A stretch of 64,000 nucleotides of DNA from Vicugna vicugna (GCA_013265495.1 MU061579.1:2229319-2293318), one strand, 5' to 3'; shown: positions 1 through 14,009, numbered from the stretch's first letter. A program made the numbers and translations. The notes: generated by a model not told the origin, from the sequence alone.

Positions 1-263
1 CTGGTTAGGACTGAGCCAAAGAAGTTGGGCCAATGTGTGGAGAGCTCATGCCTGTTAGCGGGAACAAGAACTCTCTATCTGGTGTCAAAATCAGAAAATA
101 ATTAGGGAAGAAATGTGAAAAGTGTCAGGAAGTGGTGAGAGTCTTATAAAAAGGAAATTACTCTGGCACCTCATTGTGTATTGATTACTCAGCGATGAGG
201 GGTAAGAAGAGGAAGTTGTAGCTGTCGCAGAAAGACATGCCTAAAGCAACAAAGCTTGTGTGC

Positions 264-331
264 AATAAAAATAAAATAAAATAAAATAAAATAAAATAAA
301 ATAAAATAAAATAAAATAAAATAAAAAAAAT
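264..331 (+). repeat. (AAAAT)n pentanucleotide microsatellite
   Basis: About 12 consecutive ATAAA/AAAAT units read directly. They generate the spurious FILFY ORFs at 185-407. Confidence 0.97.
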
Positions 332-864
332 AAGGCTTGACCTGAAGGAACCTAGGCCCTCTGCCTTCATCAGAGCTTCCTCTCTCCCCACCCTCTATCT
401 CCCACACATAATTTACTTCCCTGACATACTGCTTTCAGCTCTCTCCTGTTATCTTTTTCATCATCTGTTTCTCCTAAGATTTTGTTCTCCGTATTTTTAT
501 GCCACTTGCTACATGGTATTCGGTGGAAAATTTAGTACATACAGCTTTAGGCCAAAATCTCTGTTCTTAGACAATTTACATTGGAATCAATCGCTAGAGA
601 TGGGAAGGTGTCACTGCTGATTCTCTTTTGGATATTAAAATTTGGTTGGTAAGATAAGTAAAAGTTTTGGGGACAATTATTTGGTTTTTTAAAAATTTTT
701 TTGTAATGGGTCAGTCTAAATTTCCCATGGTGCCTTCATTTATTTTATTCATTTTTTTGATAAGACAAATAACCCAGTATGAAAAAAATGTGGGTGGGAG
801 ATACTTACAAGTATGTTTGTATCAAAAGAAGAGTGTGAGGAAGAGCAGCAAGTGTTCCACTGAT

Positions 865-1280
865 GCAGCGGTTAGGACATAGGATCAATTGTGACGTAAG
901 TTTGTTTATGTTACATTGGCTTAAACAAAAGTAGCATGTTTCATGTCTTGCTCACGTTAAAAACCCATCACACTGGTACAATGGCTGGGCTCCGCGGTGT
1001 TAGGTATAGGCTCCTGTGGTTTCATGCCTCACCACCCTGTCTGGGTTGCTGTGACTCTCTATGATGTCTGTAAGAAAGTAAAAAGGCGAGGGAAGTCACC
1101 TCTGGTCCTTTATAAGCATGACCTAATTTGTGTATATCACTTTTGTGTACATGCTGCTGCCCGTAAATTAATCAAATGATCTTACCTACCTGTAATGTAG
1201 CTTGGGAAGATAGGGTTCGTGTCATGGTTAAGAGAAGGCTGGAATGGATACTGATGGCCAGCCAGTGGCCCTGGGCAAAA
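865..1280 (-). mobile_element. MaLR solo LTR, MLT1J-like, degraded
   Basis: Segments ggcttaaacaaaagtagcatgtttc, tatatcacttttgtgtacatg, cctacctgtaatgtagcttgggaagatag and gaatggatactg follow the order of the reverse-strand MLT1J consensus as I recall it. Confidence 0.65.
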
Positions 1281-2299
1281 CTAAGCTTTCGGACAGTGTG
1301 ACAGAAAAAGATGGAAGGAATCTGGGCATCCAAGTGATCACCTGAAGCAGAGCTATACTGCCAGCCCGGATCACTCACCTCTAGAACTTGATATAAAATG
1401 AATAGATTTCTTATATTTTAAGCTATTCTGCTTGTTTTGTTTTGGTTTTTGGTCTCTCTGTTTCAGCTGCCTATCTACCAGTCTCTTAACTAATATAGCT
1501 AGATGGGGAAAAATATCGAAAGTAGATCTTTTAACACTATTTAGTAACATATATATATATATTGTGTATATGTATATGATAATTAGGAAATAGTGCAGAA
1601 TTATAGCAGCTGAACTTGAAGGGAGATGGAAGTTTCTCTGCAAATTTCCAGTTAATATAAAAGGACTCCTTTTTATTCCTGTTCCCTCCCACCTCTCTTC
1701 TTCCTTTTCCTGTTGTTTTGGTTCTTCCTGTTTATTCCTTCAGTAAATGACTTGAAACAATGATCTGACCCTGATTTTAGACATAAAAGTGCCAAGAGTG
1801 ATTATTAAGGATTATCTAAGTGAATGTCCATTAAAAGGAAAGTCTTTATATGAGAGAATTTAAAATTTTAGAACTGTGGTTGTATGTTATTTTACTGTAT
1901 TTTTGAAAAACTTCATCCTCAAGCTTTTGAATTCTGACCACTTATGTGACAATATCTTGAGAGATTATAAATTTGCCTTTAAGGTTCGGGTCTATCTGTA
2001 CTAAGCATAATTGTGCTATCGTGGAGATGTACTTCTTGCATTTAATTCTTATTTGGATTATAGTGCCTGCCAGAGACCCTGACCACTGAACAATAAAGCA
2101 ATTATTGCTATGATAAAATGCAATATTGAGTAGATTATATCATAGTTAACTTTGCATATTCGTAAGCCTATCACCTGCAGAAGCTGACATTGTACTGAAG
2201 CTGTTTTTCAACAAGATAAATAGAAAATGGAAATTCTGAGAACATCCCCTTTCCCTGGAGTTTTCCTTAAAAATCAAAACTCTCTGCTTACTCCTATTT

Positions 2300-2470
2300 A
2301 ATGACATTTTGGGGATTATAGACCTTTTTGAGAATTTGAAAAAAGCTAGGATCCTTTCTCTGGGAAAAAATATACCTAGACATATGTTTCTGAAATATTT
2401 CTCCTATGACTTCCATGGTTATCAGATTCTCTGAAGCCTATTAATAGTTTTCATTTCAGAAACTAATGAC
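2300..2470. mobile_element. hAT-Charlie MITE fragment (subfamily uncertain)
   Basis: gacctttttgagaatttgaaaaaagctaggatcctttctctgggaaaaaat...ctctgaagcctatt resembles an ancient eutherian Charlie-type MITE core. Confidence 0.55.
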
Positions 2471-3239
2471 TGGAACCCCTACTCTTAATATATTAGATTG
2501 ACTTGTGGAATACTTAATGGAATGTCCTTAAGCATATGGTTTAGGATGAATTCTTAGCTCCTTGGCAAAATGTAATACCTAGGAACAGTTGACGAAAGCT
2601 AAGAGTTTTAACTAACTGCGGTAACATAGCCGATGGAAAAAAAGGTGGCATGTATTGTTTCCTGGGAGGGTCTCTAAGGTGTAAGTTGTCATCATCCATA
2701 ATCCACAGAAAAACACAAATGCCCATGAAAAAGAAAACAAATTCCACTTTTAAGTTTCCTATAGAAAGTTTATTTGCGAAAGACTTTTCATACAAATAGC
2801 TTAAATAAAATAGTCTCAATAACCAGATCTTCATGCAGGTTTAAAGCAATATGTAGAATGTGTGTAATTGTTATAGGACACAGCGGGATTATAGCTGTGA
2901 TTCACAGAAAAACAGAGAAATCAGTATTAGCATCGCTCAATAGAAACAACTCTGCCGTAAGTTTCTAATAGAGTTCTTTATCCACTGAGGTATCATCTGC
3001 TTTGTGTCATACAACTTGAAGCAAACAAAACAAAACAAACACAGGAACAGGAGTTCTATCTCCTAAGCAGTTTATTTCTATATTTTTCTTTTTGTCCTAT
3101 TTATTTCTTTAAGTTACCTGAAGCCTCATGTGCCAACCACTCTTTTAGTCAAGATACAAGCAAATGGTTTTGGAGGGACAGAAAGTAATGTAGAGTTATG
3201 ATGATCAGAAGGGGAGGAAGTGAATTAGTGTGAAACAAA

Positions 3240-3750
3240 CAGTGAGGGTACAAAATTGAACTGATTGGCAAACTCACCTGGAAGGCCCGAGGCATTGTCT
3301 TTGCAGGTATGGCTGGATCTGGGGACTCAAACAATGACATCGAGATTCGGTTGCTTCTTTGTTCTCCTTACTATCCTCTGTGCTAGCCTCACTGTCCCTC
3401 TTCCATGCTGGTCCGTCTTCATAAACTCAGATTTACACCTTCCCAACGCCAAGACCATCAGATTAGCTCTCATTCAACAAAGTCAGATCACATGACTTCT
3501 CCAAATCATTTTCTTGGAGCAGGTCAGTATGGATAAACAGGACATTTTCTCAAACTGGACCAATTGCGGTGGCAAGGTGGATGGGAAAAAAGATTGACCA
3601 GATCCTGTTACCCATCCTGGAGTTGTTGGTGGGATCAGCGTAACCTCACCACAGGTTCAGGAAGTAGGAAAGGAGTGATTTCTCTTGGTAACTATGTACC
3701 AGAAGAAGAAAGATGGGTGTGTGGCAAGTCAGAAGAGCAGCTGTCCACAT
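3240..3750 (-). mobile_element. MaLR solo LTR, MLT1K/J-like, degraded
   Basis: ggtatggctggatctggggactcaaacaatgacatc and the terminal ccagaagaagaaagatgggtgtgtggcaag...gctgtccaca match the recalled old MLT1 reverse-strand consensus. Confidence 0.65.
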
Positions 3751-5584
3751 ATGCAGAAAAACAAGCAGACACATTCGCAACAACCAGAGATCACTGAACA
3801 ACTCGTTAACTTTCACACAACTTAGAAGACGATTTCGCTGAGTCCTCATTGTCCCCTACCACCATTTCTAGCTTGGTGATTGCAGTTAGGTCTCTGAACA
3901 GCTTTGGAAGGAGGTTTTGATGTGTGTAAAGGAGCCCTTTCATTTAAGAAATTACTTTGCCTGGAAAATTGAAAAGTACTTTCAATAAGTCACACCATCT
4001 GCTGCTTTCATGTTAACTTAAAACTGGCCAAAATGGAATCTTCATTCGTGTGACATGTAGGCTTCACCTTCACTTTTTTTAGCAGTGTTGTTTGAAACTG
4101 ACTCTTCAAAATAGCCTTTACATTGATGAGACTGGGTTTCTGTGCATTTTTTGGAATCTAAAGTTACGGATTTTTTTTCCATATGAAATACAAAGTTGGG
4201 TCATATATAAAGTAACAGATGCAAAACGTTAACACTAGTAATACAACTGGCCAAAAAGCAGAGAGGCAGCCTTAACGGCCACCAAGTAGGGACCCAGGTC
4301 TTATTCTGGACCTCACAATTTGAGGCGAGAAATGCCGAGAACGCTTATTCTCTACTGCTTTAGAGGATATTTGCTAGAAGCCCTTTTTTCCTTTGTAACA
4401 GTTGGTAAAATAAATAAAATATACACTTGGTGAATCTACCATCACTGAGCTTTGGTCATGGGGGGAAATAAATCTTTCATTGCGTGCCTTGCTCTTTGAA
4501 GAGCTGAAAGAAGATAAAAACAAAGTAGAACTTTGGCTTATGGAAGTCACGGTCTTAGTAATAGCTGCGATTACTGGGGGTTGAACTCACGCCGGAGGTT
4601 AGTAGACAGTGCTCCTTAGCTGCCACACCAAGTGCCTTTCTTCATCTCGGGAGACTTCCTCATTTCTCCAGCACTTCATACTTCGCATGTTATCACCCAT
4701 GACTCTTATTATCCACAAAGCCAGCCAGGTGGCAGGGATATCCTGTGATCTCAAGAAATTGTGATTTCTCCTTCATTGCGACACATCCTTTGCCTTGTTA
4801 TCTCACACTGTGCCATTCTTTGTGTTAGTCAATACTAACTTTCTTCCTAGGAAGCAAGCGCACACCACACGCGCACACTCACACACACATCTTTCTCTCA
4901 ACTCTTTCTCTAAATCACTGCGCTGACTTCTGCCTAAATAGCTCTGAGTCCCACGAAGGTAATTAGAGAGAAGGAATTGTTATCTTCTTTTTTATAGAGC
5001 AAAAACCCAAGGAACATAAAATTTAATTGATGTATCAGCCCACTCAGCTTGTTAGTGATGGTATAACCATCAAGCCGAATTCTCCTAGTGCTTTCTGGGA
5101 ACAAGAGACAGAATAGAAAGCTATGTTCTACTCTATCTGAATGCATGTATGTGTGTGTATATATGTCCGTGCATGTGTCTGTCTACATATTTTGATTTTT
5201 TTCTCTCTTTTCCTTAATGTACTTTCAGAGTATGTGTAGGTCCAAGCAGTTGTTGGATCATGATCTTAATAGTTTGGGTATCAATAAATATTTGTTTGGT
5301 TATTACACCAGCGTGAGGAATGTGACATGGTACTGTGTGTTTCTAAAATTTTTGACTACTCTGGAAATTAAGTGATAGAATTTCCATGGCAACCCAGTAG
5401 ATCCATGGATATAAACATGCACATATAACTGCAGTATTTTCACCAGTGTTTGCTCTCACTTCATGGGACACACACTAACACTTCCTCTCCTCTTCTCTCC
5501 TATATTTTTAAAATCTTGCTCACAATTTACTAAAATGATTGCATGACTCTTTAAACTCTTTTATGACCTACAAAATGAAAAGTA

Positions 5585-5770
5585 CCAGTGTAGTGGAAAA
5601 ATAAGATCTATGATGTTGGGGAGTTATGGTTTCAAAGCCTCCTGGGTTCGCCATTCACTGACTGTGTGATTCTGAATAATCAGCGAGACTCAGTTTTCCT
5701 GACTGTAATATGGGAATAAGAGCACTTTTCTTGTGGGGTCAAAGTGAATACTAAGTGATAACTGTGAGCA
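5585..5770 (+). mobile_element. MIR SINE
   Basis: MIR core: ctgactgtgtgattctg...ctcagttttcctgactgtaatatgggaataa. Confidence 0.65.
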
Positions 5771-5984
5771 GATGTTCTTTCATCTTTCTTGACAGATTGG
5801 TCCCTTTTTCCACTTTCTGTCTCCTCTTGTAACTTTTCATTTCTGTGGGAGGCAAGAGGAGAAATATTTTCTCTTGACCACCTCATTTTTTATTTATTTT
5901 AATATTATATGTTAGATATGGTGATTGCTTTTTTTCAAAACAAAAATCTAAATACCATGGCCTATGTTTTGGGTGCATACTGAT

Positions 5985-6170
5985 AAAAATAACAGCTAAC
6001 ATTTTTGAGCACCTTACTGCTTGTCAAACACTTGCCCATTTTCGTGAATCCTTACAGAATTCACATGAGGGAGGAACCATCGACATTAACATTTTACAGA
6101 CAGAAGGAGGCATGAAGTTCATTGTACAAGGTCATGAGCCAGAACCCAAGCCCAAGCAGTCTGATGCAGT
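5985..6170 (-). mobile_element. MIR SINE
   Basis: aataacagctaacatttttgagcaccttactg...cattttacagacagaagg...aaggtcatgagccagaacccaagcccaagcagtctga is a reverse-orientation MIR. Confidence 0.7.
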
Positions 6171-6215
6171 CCGGATGACACACTTCTCCTTTGTTTCTCA
6201 TCTACACGTTTTGAT

Positions 6216-6452
6216 GAAGAGGCAGTTTACCAGAGAGCTTAAAACACATACCCCGTGGTCACATTGCCTCAGTGTGATTCCTGGCTCTGCCACTGATTAG
6301 TGTAACACATCAGGGAAGTTGCTGAAATTGAGTTTTCTCATAGATGGTAATTTGTGTGATAGTATATATTGTGCTAAGTAAATTAAATGAGTTAATAGGC
6401 GCAAAATAGCACATGCCACATAGTAAACAGTATGCAAGTGTTATTATCATTT
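6216..6452 (+). mobile_element. MIR SINE
   Basis: ttcctggctctgccactgattag...taaatgagttaata...cacatagtaaacagtatgcaagtgttattatcatt. Confidence 0.7.
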
Positions 6453-6492
6453 CCTCAGTCCCTTTCAAAAGAATCCCTATCCCCTTTTGAAA

Positions 6493-6519
6493 TGTGTGTG
6501 TGTGTGTGTATGTGTGTGT
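6493..6519 (+). repeat. (TG)n microsatellite, interrupted
   Basis: Read directly. Confidence 0.9.
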
Positions 6520-7374
6520 ACGAGAGAGAGATTTAAGAGCCACGAGAGGGTTCAAAATCTTAATCTTAGCAAATAAAGCAGTGGTATGCTAAGGCAGCTG
6601 TGTCTGAATAATAATTCCCTATTAACAGTAAGGATGTCAGATTTCATGAAGTAATCATTGTTTTTATTTTCAACTTGAATTTTTAAAGCTGATGTTTTGA
6701 TAAGCATACTTGCACCATAGTGAGATTGTGTCAGGAACCAACTATGCGTATGTGTCTCTCTTCTGTTATACTGAATATGTCTCAAGTTACCTTTCTACTC
6801 CAGGAGTCCAGAACACTCAATAAATGAGTGTGCAGTTTCTAATACAATGAGCCACATTTTCAAGTACCAAATGCAATTAGGGCTATAGCAAAAGGTAGAC
6901 ACACATTCGTTATCTAAAATATATAAGGTTTTGCCATAGTATTTCATGGAATATATGCAAGGAGCCATTCCTTTCTTTTTATAGAACTTATTTTTTTTTC
7001 TATAAGACATTAAACAAATGTTATTACAATTTGGTCTAATATAATTTTGTTAATTTCATATTCAATAGTTTAGATGTGGTACAAACTACAAAGGTATAAA
7101 ATTCAGTTTGAAAGACTGTATGCCAGACCATATAGGTAAATTAGCTTGCATTCAATGAAATATAGACGTTTATATTCAAGGGGCATTTATCTGATTTTCA
7201 TAATGGAAGCAACAGTGAGCCTTTTCTCTTCTAAATGGATTTAAATGATGGATCCACCATAATTTTAAAACTCAAACATTGAAAATAGGCACTTTCTGCG
7301 AAGTCATCTTATAAAACATACACAGGATCTGATAAGTCTCTATATAACTATCTCCATGGGATGGAAGGACATGT

Positions 7375-7930
7375 TCAACTTGACCACAAGAATGCAATCA
7401 GCAAAATCCAAGCTGAGATAATGCAGCAGCCAATAAATAAACAAATATCTCCTTTCCTCTTCAACAAATAGGTGGCAAGACAAAAACAGTGAGATAGAAT
7501 GCCTATAGATTGAGAGATACAGCAGTTCATTGCCATGTTATCATGTATGAAGCTATTTAGATTCTACTTTAAAAACACAGAACAAATCATTACGTGTATG
7601 AACCAACTGGACATGTGAATAGTCACTGGATGATTGATGGTATTAAGGAATTCGTATTAATCATTTAAGAGTGATGATGATGTGGCTCGGTTAAGATAGT
7701 CCATGTTTTATAGATATAAGTACTAAAATATGGATGAAATGAAGCAGTGTCTGGGATTTACTTCCTAGTGTTTGGGGAGGGAGGAAAGTGGACAGAAGCG
7801 TGGTTAGGGCACTTTGCTCTGGGGATGACTGTTGTCACCCTGCCAGTGCACCTGCCACTGCGTGCCTGGGCACTGCTTGCATTATTTTGTTGAATTTTGT
7901 GTATGTTTGAAAGCATCCATAGTCAAACAA
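7375..7930 (+). mobile_element. Ancient L1 (L1ME-type) 3' UTR fragment
   Basis: gaatgcaatcagcaaaatcca, actggatgattgatggtattaaggaatt, gtgtctgggatttacttcc and ttttgtgtatgtttgaaagcatccata are hallmark L1ME 3'-end segments in the expected order. Confidence 0.7.
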
Positions 7931-10370
7931 GTTTGAGAATACTATAGATCTACTTTAGTTCTAGGCATTAAATTGGATTTAATTAATAAATTCAAAAGTA
8001 GAGGCACTTAATCAAACATTTCCAGGGTAGTTTGAAAGTAACTGAGTGATAAAATTAAATATGGTTTATGATATATAAAAGCAATATATTTCACTGCTGG
8101 TCTCTTTGCAAAGGGAAAAGCAATAATTATAACCTATAGCAAATTTACCTTAGACTACAGAACATAAGTTTTAAGAGAACTTCCGTAGTGATGCTCTATA
8201 GCATGAGACTTGAAAAATAATATTACAATAAATTTCACAATGTTACAGTACAAAGAAAATGCAGAAAATCTGCTTTGTGCTCAGCAGCAGAGACAAAAAT
8301 CAGCCCTAACTAAATGAAAAATTTTAGTAGGCAGGTAAATACATAAAGAGTTTCAAAAAATAGGATAAGTACAATAATAGAGGTGCACATTGAACGTGGA
8401 AAGATCGTGATCAATTCAGCTTAAGCATCAGGACAGACATCAAAGAAAATGTTTTTATGTGATTTTGCTATGTGATATGTGCAGCATTCCCTTGTGGTGA
8501 TTTAAATTGTAAACTAAAAAGATATTGTTAGTAGACTTTCAGAAATAAGAACTGTCGAGTAAAATTTGCCATTGACCACTGTTTCTAGGGATTTCTTTTA
8601 AACAGAGAAAATGAAGATCACTGTCAAAGAGGGTTATAATTTGTATGCCAAGTGTGTCTGATTTTCATTTAATGCAATTCATACTTATTTAATTTGAAAG
8701 ATTCTGAAGCTGAGGTGATAGAAAAAATGTCCTCCACACTTAATATACTTTCACTGTAATTGCATGCTCACCATAAATACCTTAGACTAGGACATGATTT
8801 GTAGTGCATTTTGTTTTATGTGTCTCCTAAAAGATGGAATTGCATTCGATTTCATCATTTGTTACTTTTGTTGATCATTGTGTAGTCAGTATCAACTGCT
8901 GAAAATCAGATGTTTTGAAAATTTACACCTAAATACATGAAGAACTTCATTCTCATGCAGAGTTGAAAATCTTTTGAAAGAGTTAATCTATTTTGATGCA
9001 CATTAATGGAGTTCAAGTCACGAGTTTATCTTAATAGTTTTCAAGGTCAGAGGGAAAAAAGAATCAATAATCTGATAGATTTCTTGGAAAAATGGCATGC
9101 ATGAGATACTTAGGTAGAGGTGCGTTGTACCAGCCTTCTTGTGGAAAGCATGTTATTTCTAAGGGTATATTTAAAATCTTAAATTGTTGTTTCTAGGGGC
9201 ACATTTAAAACCTAGTGTACGAATTCACAGCAGTGACATTTTAATCATATCCAAGTGAAGTAACTGATACCATTCAACAGGAAAGGTTTTCTTCACAAGT
9301 ATTGTAGCAACCCTGTTAAGTGGGGTCTCCTTGTTATTAGTCATGCCAAACCAACATGGACAGAAGGTTCCCCAAGGTTGGGCACAGGCTCACAGTACGT
9401 GCTCAATAAGTGCTTAATGAAAAGTCAAAGGTCTCACTGTGGTCATAGGAGATAATATTTTGTACATCCTCTGCCTGCATTTTTAAAAAGATCATCTCTC
9501 CAGCCCTATTTAATTGAAGGGAGAGTCCTAAAATTACCAGCTGTCATTTTGAATCATCTGTTAACCCCTCTTCAGTCACTGAAATAATTAATTGGGTTTC
9601 TAAGTTGGTTTGATCTCATGATTCAGTGAACAATTGTATCTGTCTTACCAGAGATAGGAGAATACATTGATTGCGTTTTGGAAGTACATTAACCATTTTG
9701 AACCACTCAGGAAATGGGAGTAGGCTGAATGGACTGAAAGTGTTACTTTTCTCTGGAAGGTACCTCGATTCTGCTGCTGTCATTTCAGGTTTTGGTTTTT
9801 AACATGCATTGCGGCATAGAAATGTTAAGCTTAATTTTGGCATAACCCAGAGAGCCATTTACTGTGTATAAATATATGGAATAATTTATACAATTAGAAT
9901 ACCAAGTTAGATGTGGGTTAGATGTGGTTAGGATCTTGGTATCTATAAAGAGCTCCTCTTCCACTTAATGAAGAAATGATTACTCCCTGTGAGTAAACTT
10001 ACTATGGTGTCTGATCCAAATCCACTATTCTTTAACTTTAGCTGAATACAACAATAGCAGCAACAACAAATTCCATTAGGGAAGGAGGAAAGATGACCAA
10101 AGGTCACTTATTGATTAATACAGGACTCTTACTTAACTACGTGTTGCAACCAACTAGCTGATTGTATGTGTTTTTGGTTTTTTCCCCCAGTTGTCAGTTG
10201 GCCGTTTTATTCTGTTGATAGTTAAATTGCACTTCCTAGAGTTTCTAGTGTATAAATTACTTCAGAAAACACTACAATGATGTTGTCATTTTTCACTTTA
10301 ATTTACATGAACTTACTTACATTTCACATAGAATATATAGGAAAAGAGAGATAATCTGTCAAAAATGTGA

Positions 10371-10423
10371 ATGTTGTAAATCAACTATACTTTAATGAAA
10401 ATAAATAAATAATAAATAAAAAA
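10371..10423 (+). mobile_element. Extremely 5'-truncated L1 3' tip with A-rich tail and candidate TSD
   Basis: atgttgtaaatcaactatactttaat closely matches the reverse complement of the terminus of the L1 at ~12607. It is followed by an (AAAT)n tail, and the flanks aaaaatgtgaatgtt / aaaagtacgaatgtt match at 12/15. Confidence 0.75.
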
Positions 10424-12604
10424 GTACGAATGTTAAATACGTTAATAGGTTTTTATTCAGTTTTACCTCAAAAAATTTTTATTAGATATGAAAGAAAATT
10501 GATAGAAGTTATTATCTGTTGGTTATAAAATATGTCGAAAGATAGACTTCTTAAACTGCAAACTATCTATATGAAAAGGAAAGAAAATTCAGAAGAATGA
10601 CCCCATATCCAGTTATTCCCAAATTGAGAAGGTACTAAAACTTACTGGAATATTTTACAGTTAACTAGAAACTGAGTCAAACAATGCTAACAGAGAAAAA
10701 GAGTCACTCTAAACAGAATTGTAAAGTGGAGCCTTTTTGTATAATAAAGTGTACTGCAGAGGGGTGTGAAAATCATATATGTTAAGTAGACCGGTTGCCT
10801 TTTCTCTAATAGATTTAAATAGTGAATGATTGGTAAATGAAGATGTGAGATGAATAATCACATCCTTATCTGTCATTTATATGAATTTTCTCTTCTATAT
10901 TGACTATAATGCATGTAGAATATAAAAAAGCAAAGGACTTATGTGTGTATGTATGTATTATTGTATTCTACTTCCCCAAATGGAAATATATCTGATGAGC
11001 CTTCTCAGAGATTAGGAAACTGGACAATTGCCAATTAAATACTGTTACTGACCCCTCCCACTGATCTGTCATCCTTGGTTACCTAGACCACTTCCTCTTG
11101 CCACAAAAAGGCCACGATTCTTTCTGCAATGAATCCCTCTAAGCATGCAGTGGCTGCATCCTCGTCAAGTCTGATTAGTCTATTGAGGTGCAATTATTAT
11201 TGCTTAAAATGTGTTATGAATATTGTGGAGTCATTTTTCTTAAGAAATTTTTATGTTTTTCATAAGAAACTACTTTCTGTTTTACTCTTAACGTTTTGTG
11301 TCACATGCTATATAATCTTAAAATTGTAAATTTCAAATACATTGTTTTTCATGACAAAAGAAGCAGAAAATAATTTGTCTATTAACATGATCCTATTTTC
11401 AGTAATCTAAAATTTTCCAAGCTTCCATTTTCATTGTTTTTCAATGTGCATGGTAACTTAATAAGTAGGTTTAATTTACTTAAAAGATCTAACTTAAATT
11501 AAATATGTGTGAATTGGCATTCCTCTTGAATAACACTTAAATTTCAAAGTACCACCAAATATCAGTATTCAGCGCACTGCAGTGGAGGTAGGAATATCTG
11601 TCTTCCTGTTTCTTGATTTGCTTATGGCTATTTCCACTTTTGGATTCAAAGTCAGCAGTTTAGCACACATTCAGGCTTGCAGATATGTGAGCCAATAGCC
11701 ATGGAGAAATGTGACTGCTGTACATGTGATCTGGAAGGTTCATCTCCTGGTGATAAGGCTCATCTAGTTGAATATAAGTATATGGCAAAGAAACCTGTCA
11801 TCATATTTTCAGAAACTACAATGCCACTTGTGGATTAAACCAGAGGTGAATTTCATTTGCAACAAATTGTACTATTTATTCCACTAATTCCTCCTTAAAA
11901 TATTATTTCTCATTGGAAGACCAAAAGCCTTCCGTATGAAAAATGGACTCTGCTGCTTACACATACCTGCTCATTTTCACCATGGCTGAATAGACTAGAC
12001 CAAGTGTCTAGGGAGTGGTAAGTTTAAGTCATTGCAATTAAGCATTTGTGTAATAAATATGGTAGAAGGAGGCCACTAAAGGCTAAAGCCAGGCATACTC
12101 CTCTAGGGGACAGTGCAGGATACTGGGCAGATACCTGTGTGCTTCCTGGGAGAACTCAATATAGAATCTTTCAGTCTTGATAATGACATTAACTGCCTGG
12201 GCTATTTTATTTTGTTTTAAAGAAATTATTCCTGTGAGAAAAATGAGCCTCATTCTAAAGAGTCATCTCCAGGACCTCAGATGCTTCAGGTTTGCTTGGC
12301 CCCCAGTTTAGCCAGGCTTGCATTGCCATCAAACCAGACAACAGCACCCTAGAGTGAACACTTATCCCAAAGAGAAACTCTGCTAGATTAAAGTCCTATC
12401 AAATGAGGAGTAGCTAGGAGAGGATATTTTCAGTGTCTATGGCAAAAGTTTGTGCTAGTAAATGATGCTTATCCGTCTTGCTGGAAATTTAGCTTCCCAG
12501 AGAAGACCAGTCGATCAGAGTGCAGAATTGATGAAGCCAAGGCCATGGTCTAGTTACCTTTGGGAAAAGAAGATTCTGTATATATTCATGTGTATACATA
12601 CATA

Positions 12605-13860
12605 TTATTGAAGTATAGTTGATTTACAATATTAGTTTCAGGTGTGCAACATAGTGGTTCAATATTTTTATAGATTACATTCCATTCAAAGTTATTATAA
12701 AACACTGGCCATATTCCCTGTGCTGCACAATACATCCCTGTATCTCATGCATTTTATACATAGTAGTTTGTATCTCTTAATCCCCTACCCCTATCTTGTC
12801 CATCCCTCCTTCCCCTTCCACACTGATAACCAGAGTTGTTCTCTATATCTGTGAGTCTGTTTCTGTTTTGTTATATTCCTTCATTTGTTTTATGTCTTTA
12901 GATTCCACATATAGTGATAACATACAGTATTTGTCTTTCTCTGTTTGACTTATTTCACTAAGCATAATACTGTCCAGGTCCATCCATGTTGTTGCCAATG
13001 CCAAAATTTCATTTTTCATAGCTGAGTAGTATTCCTGTGTGTGTATTTCAGTAGTATTCTGTTCACCTATTGATAGACACTTAGGTTGCTTTCATTTCTT
13101 GGCTATTGTAAATAATGCTGTTGTGAGCACTGAGGTTCATGTATCTTTTCGAAATAGTGTTTTCTTTTTCTTCAGATATATACCCAGGAGTAGAATTGCT
13201 GGGTCATATAGTAGTTCTATTTTAGTTTTTTGAGGGACCTCCATACTGTTTTCCATAATGGCTACACCAATTTACATTCCTACCAACAGTGTATTAGGAT
13301 TCCCTTTTCCCCACATCCTTGTCAATATTGTTATTTATAGACTTTTTGATTATAGCCATTCTGACAGGAGTCAGGTGATATCTCATCGTGGTTTTGATTT
13401 GCATTTATCTGATGATTAGCTATGTTGAGCATCTTTCCTTGTGCCTGTTTGCCAGCTGTGTATCTTTTTTGGAAAAATGTCTGTTCAGGTCTTCTGCCCA
13501 TTTTTAAATTGGGTTGTTTGTTTTTTTTGGTATTAGTTGTATGAACTGTTTACATATTCTGGATATTAACTCCTTATTGGTCATATCATTTGCAAATATT
13601 TTCTCCCATTCTGTAGGTTGTCTTTTCATTTTGTTGATGGTCCTTTGCTTGCAGAAGCTTTTAAGTTTAATTAGGTCCCATTTGTTTCTTTTTCCCTTTT
13701 GTCTCTTTCCTTTGCCTTAGGAGATAGATCCAAAAAGTATTGCTATGATTTATGTCAAAGAGTGTTCTGCCTATGCGTTATTCTAGGAATTGTGTCATTT
13801 CCCATTTTACATTTAGGTCTTTAATCCATTTTGAGTTTATTTTTTGTGTGTGGTGTGAAG
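12605..13860 (-). mobile_element. L1 LINE, 5'-truncated (3' UTR plus ORF2 C-terminus), inactive
   Basis: The minus strand encodes ORF2-like INSKWIKDLNV (~13808-13840) and [36 protein letters not shown] (~13176-13288) with stops and frameshifts. The terminus attgaagtatagttgatttacaat is typical of laurasiatherian L1. Confidence 0.95.
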
Positions 13861-14009
13861 ATTTTGAAGTCACAACTTCATTGTTTAATGTGAATATATG
13901 ATCTTGCTAACATAAGCATTGGTCACCAGAAATATTTGATGGAAAAATACAGATGTTTTAATATGGATCACACAGTTACTACTAGATGAAAAAACAACTC
14001 CAAGAGAAG

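Noticed and set aside
185..407. ORFs with repeated FILFY/ILFYF
   Set aside because: Translation of the (AAAAT)n microsatellite.
12642..13720. Three plus-strand hydrophobic ORFs
   Set aside because: Antisense readings of the L1 fragment.
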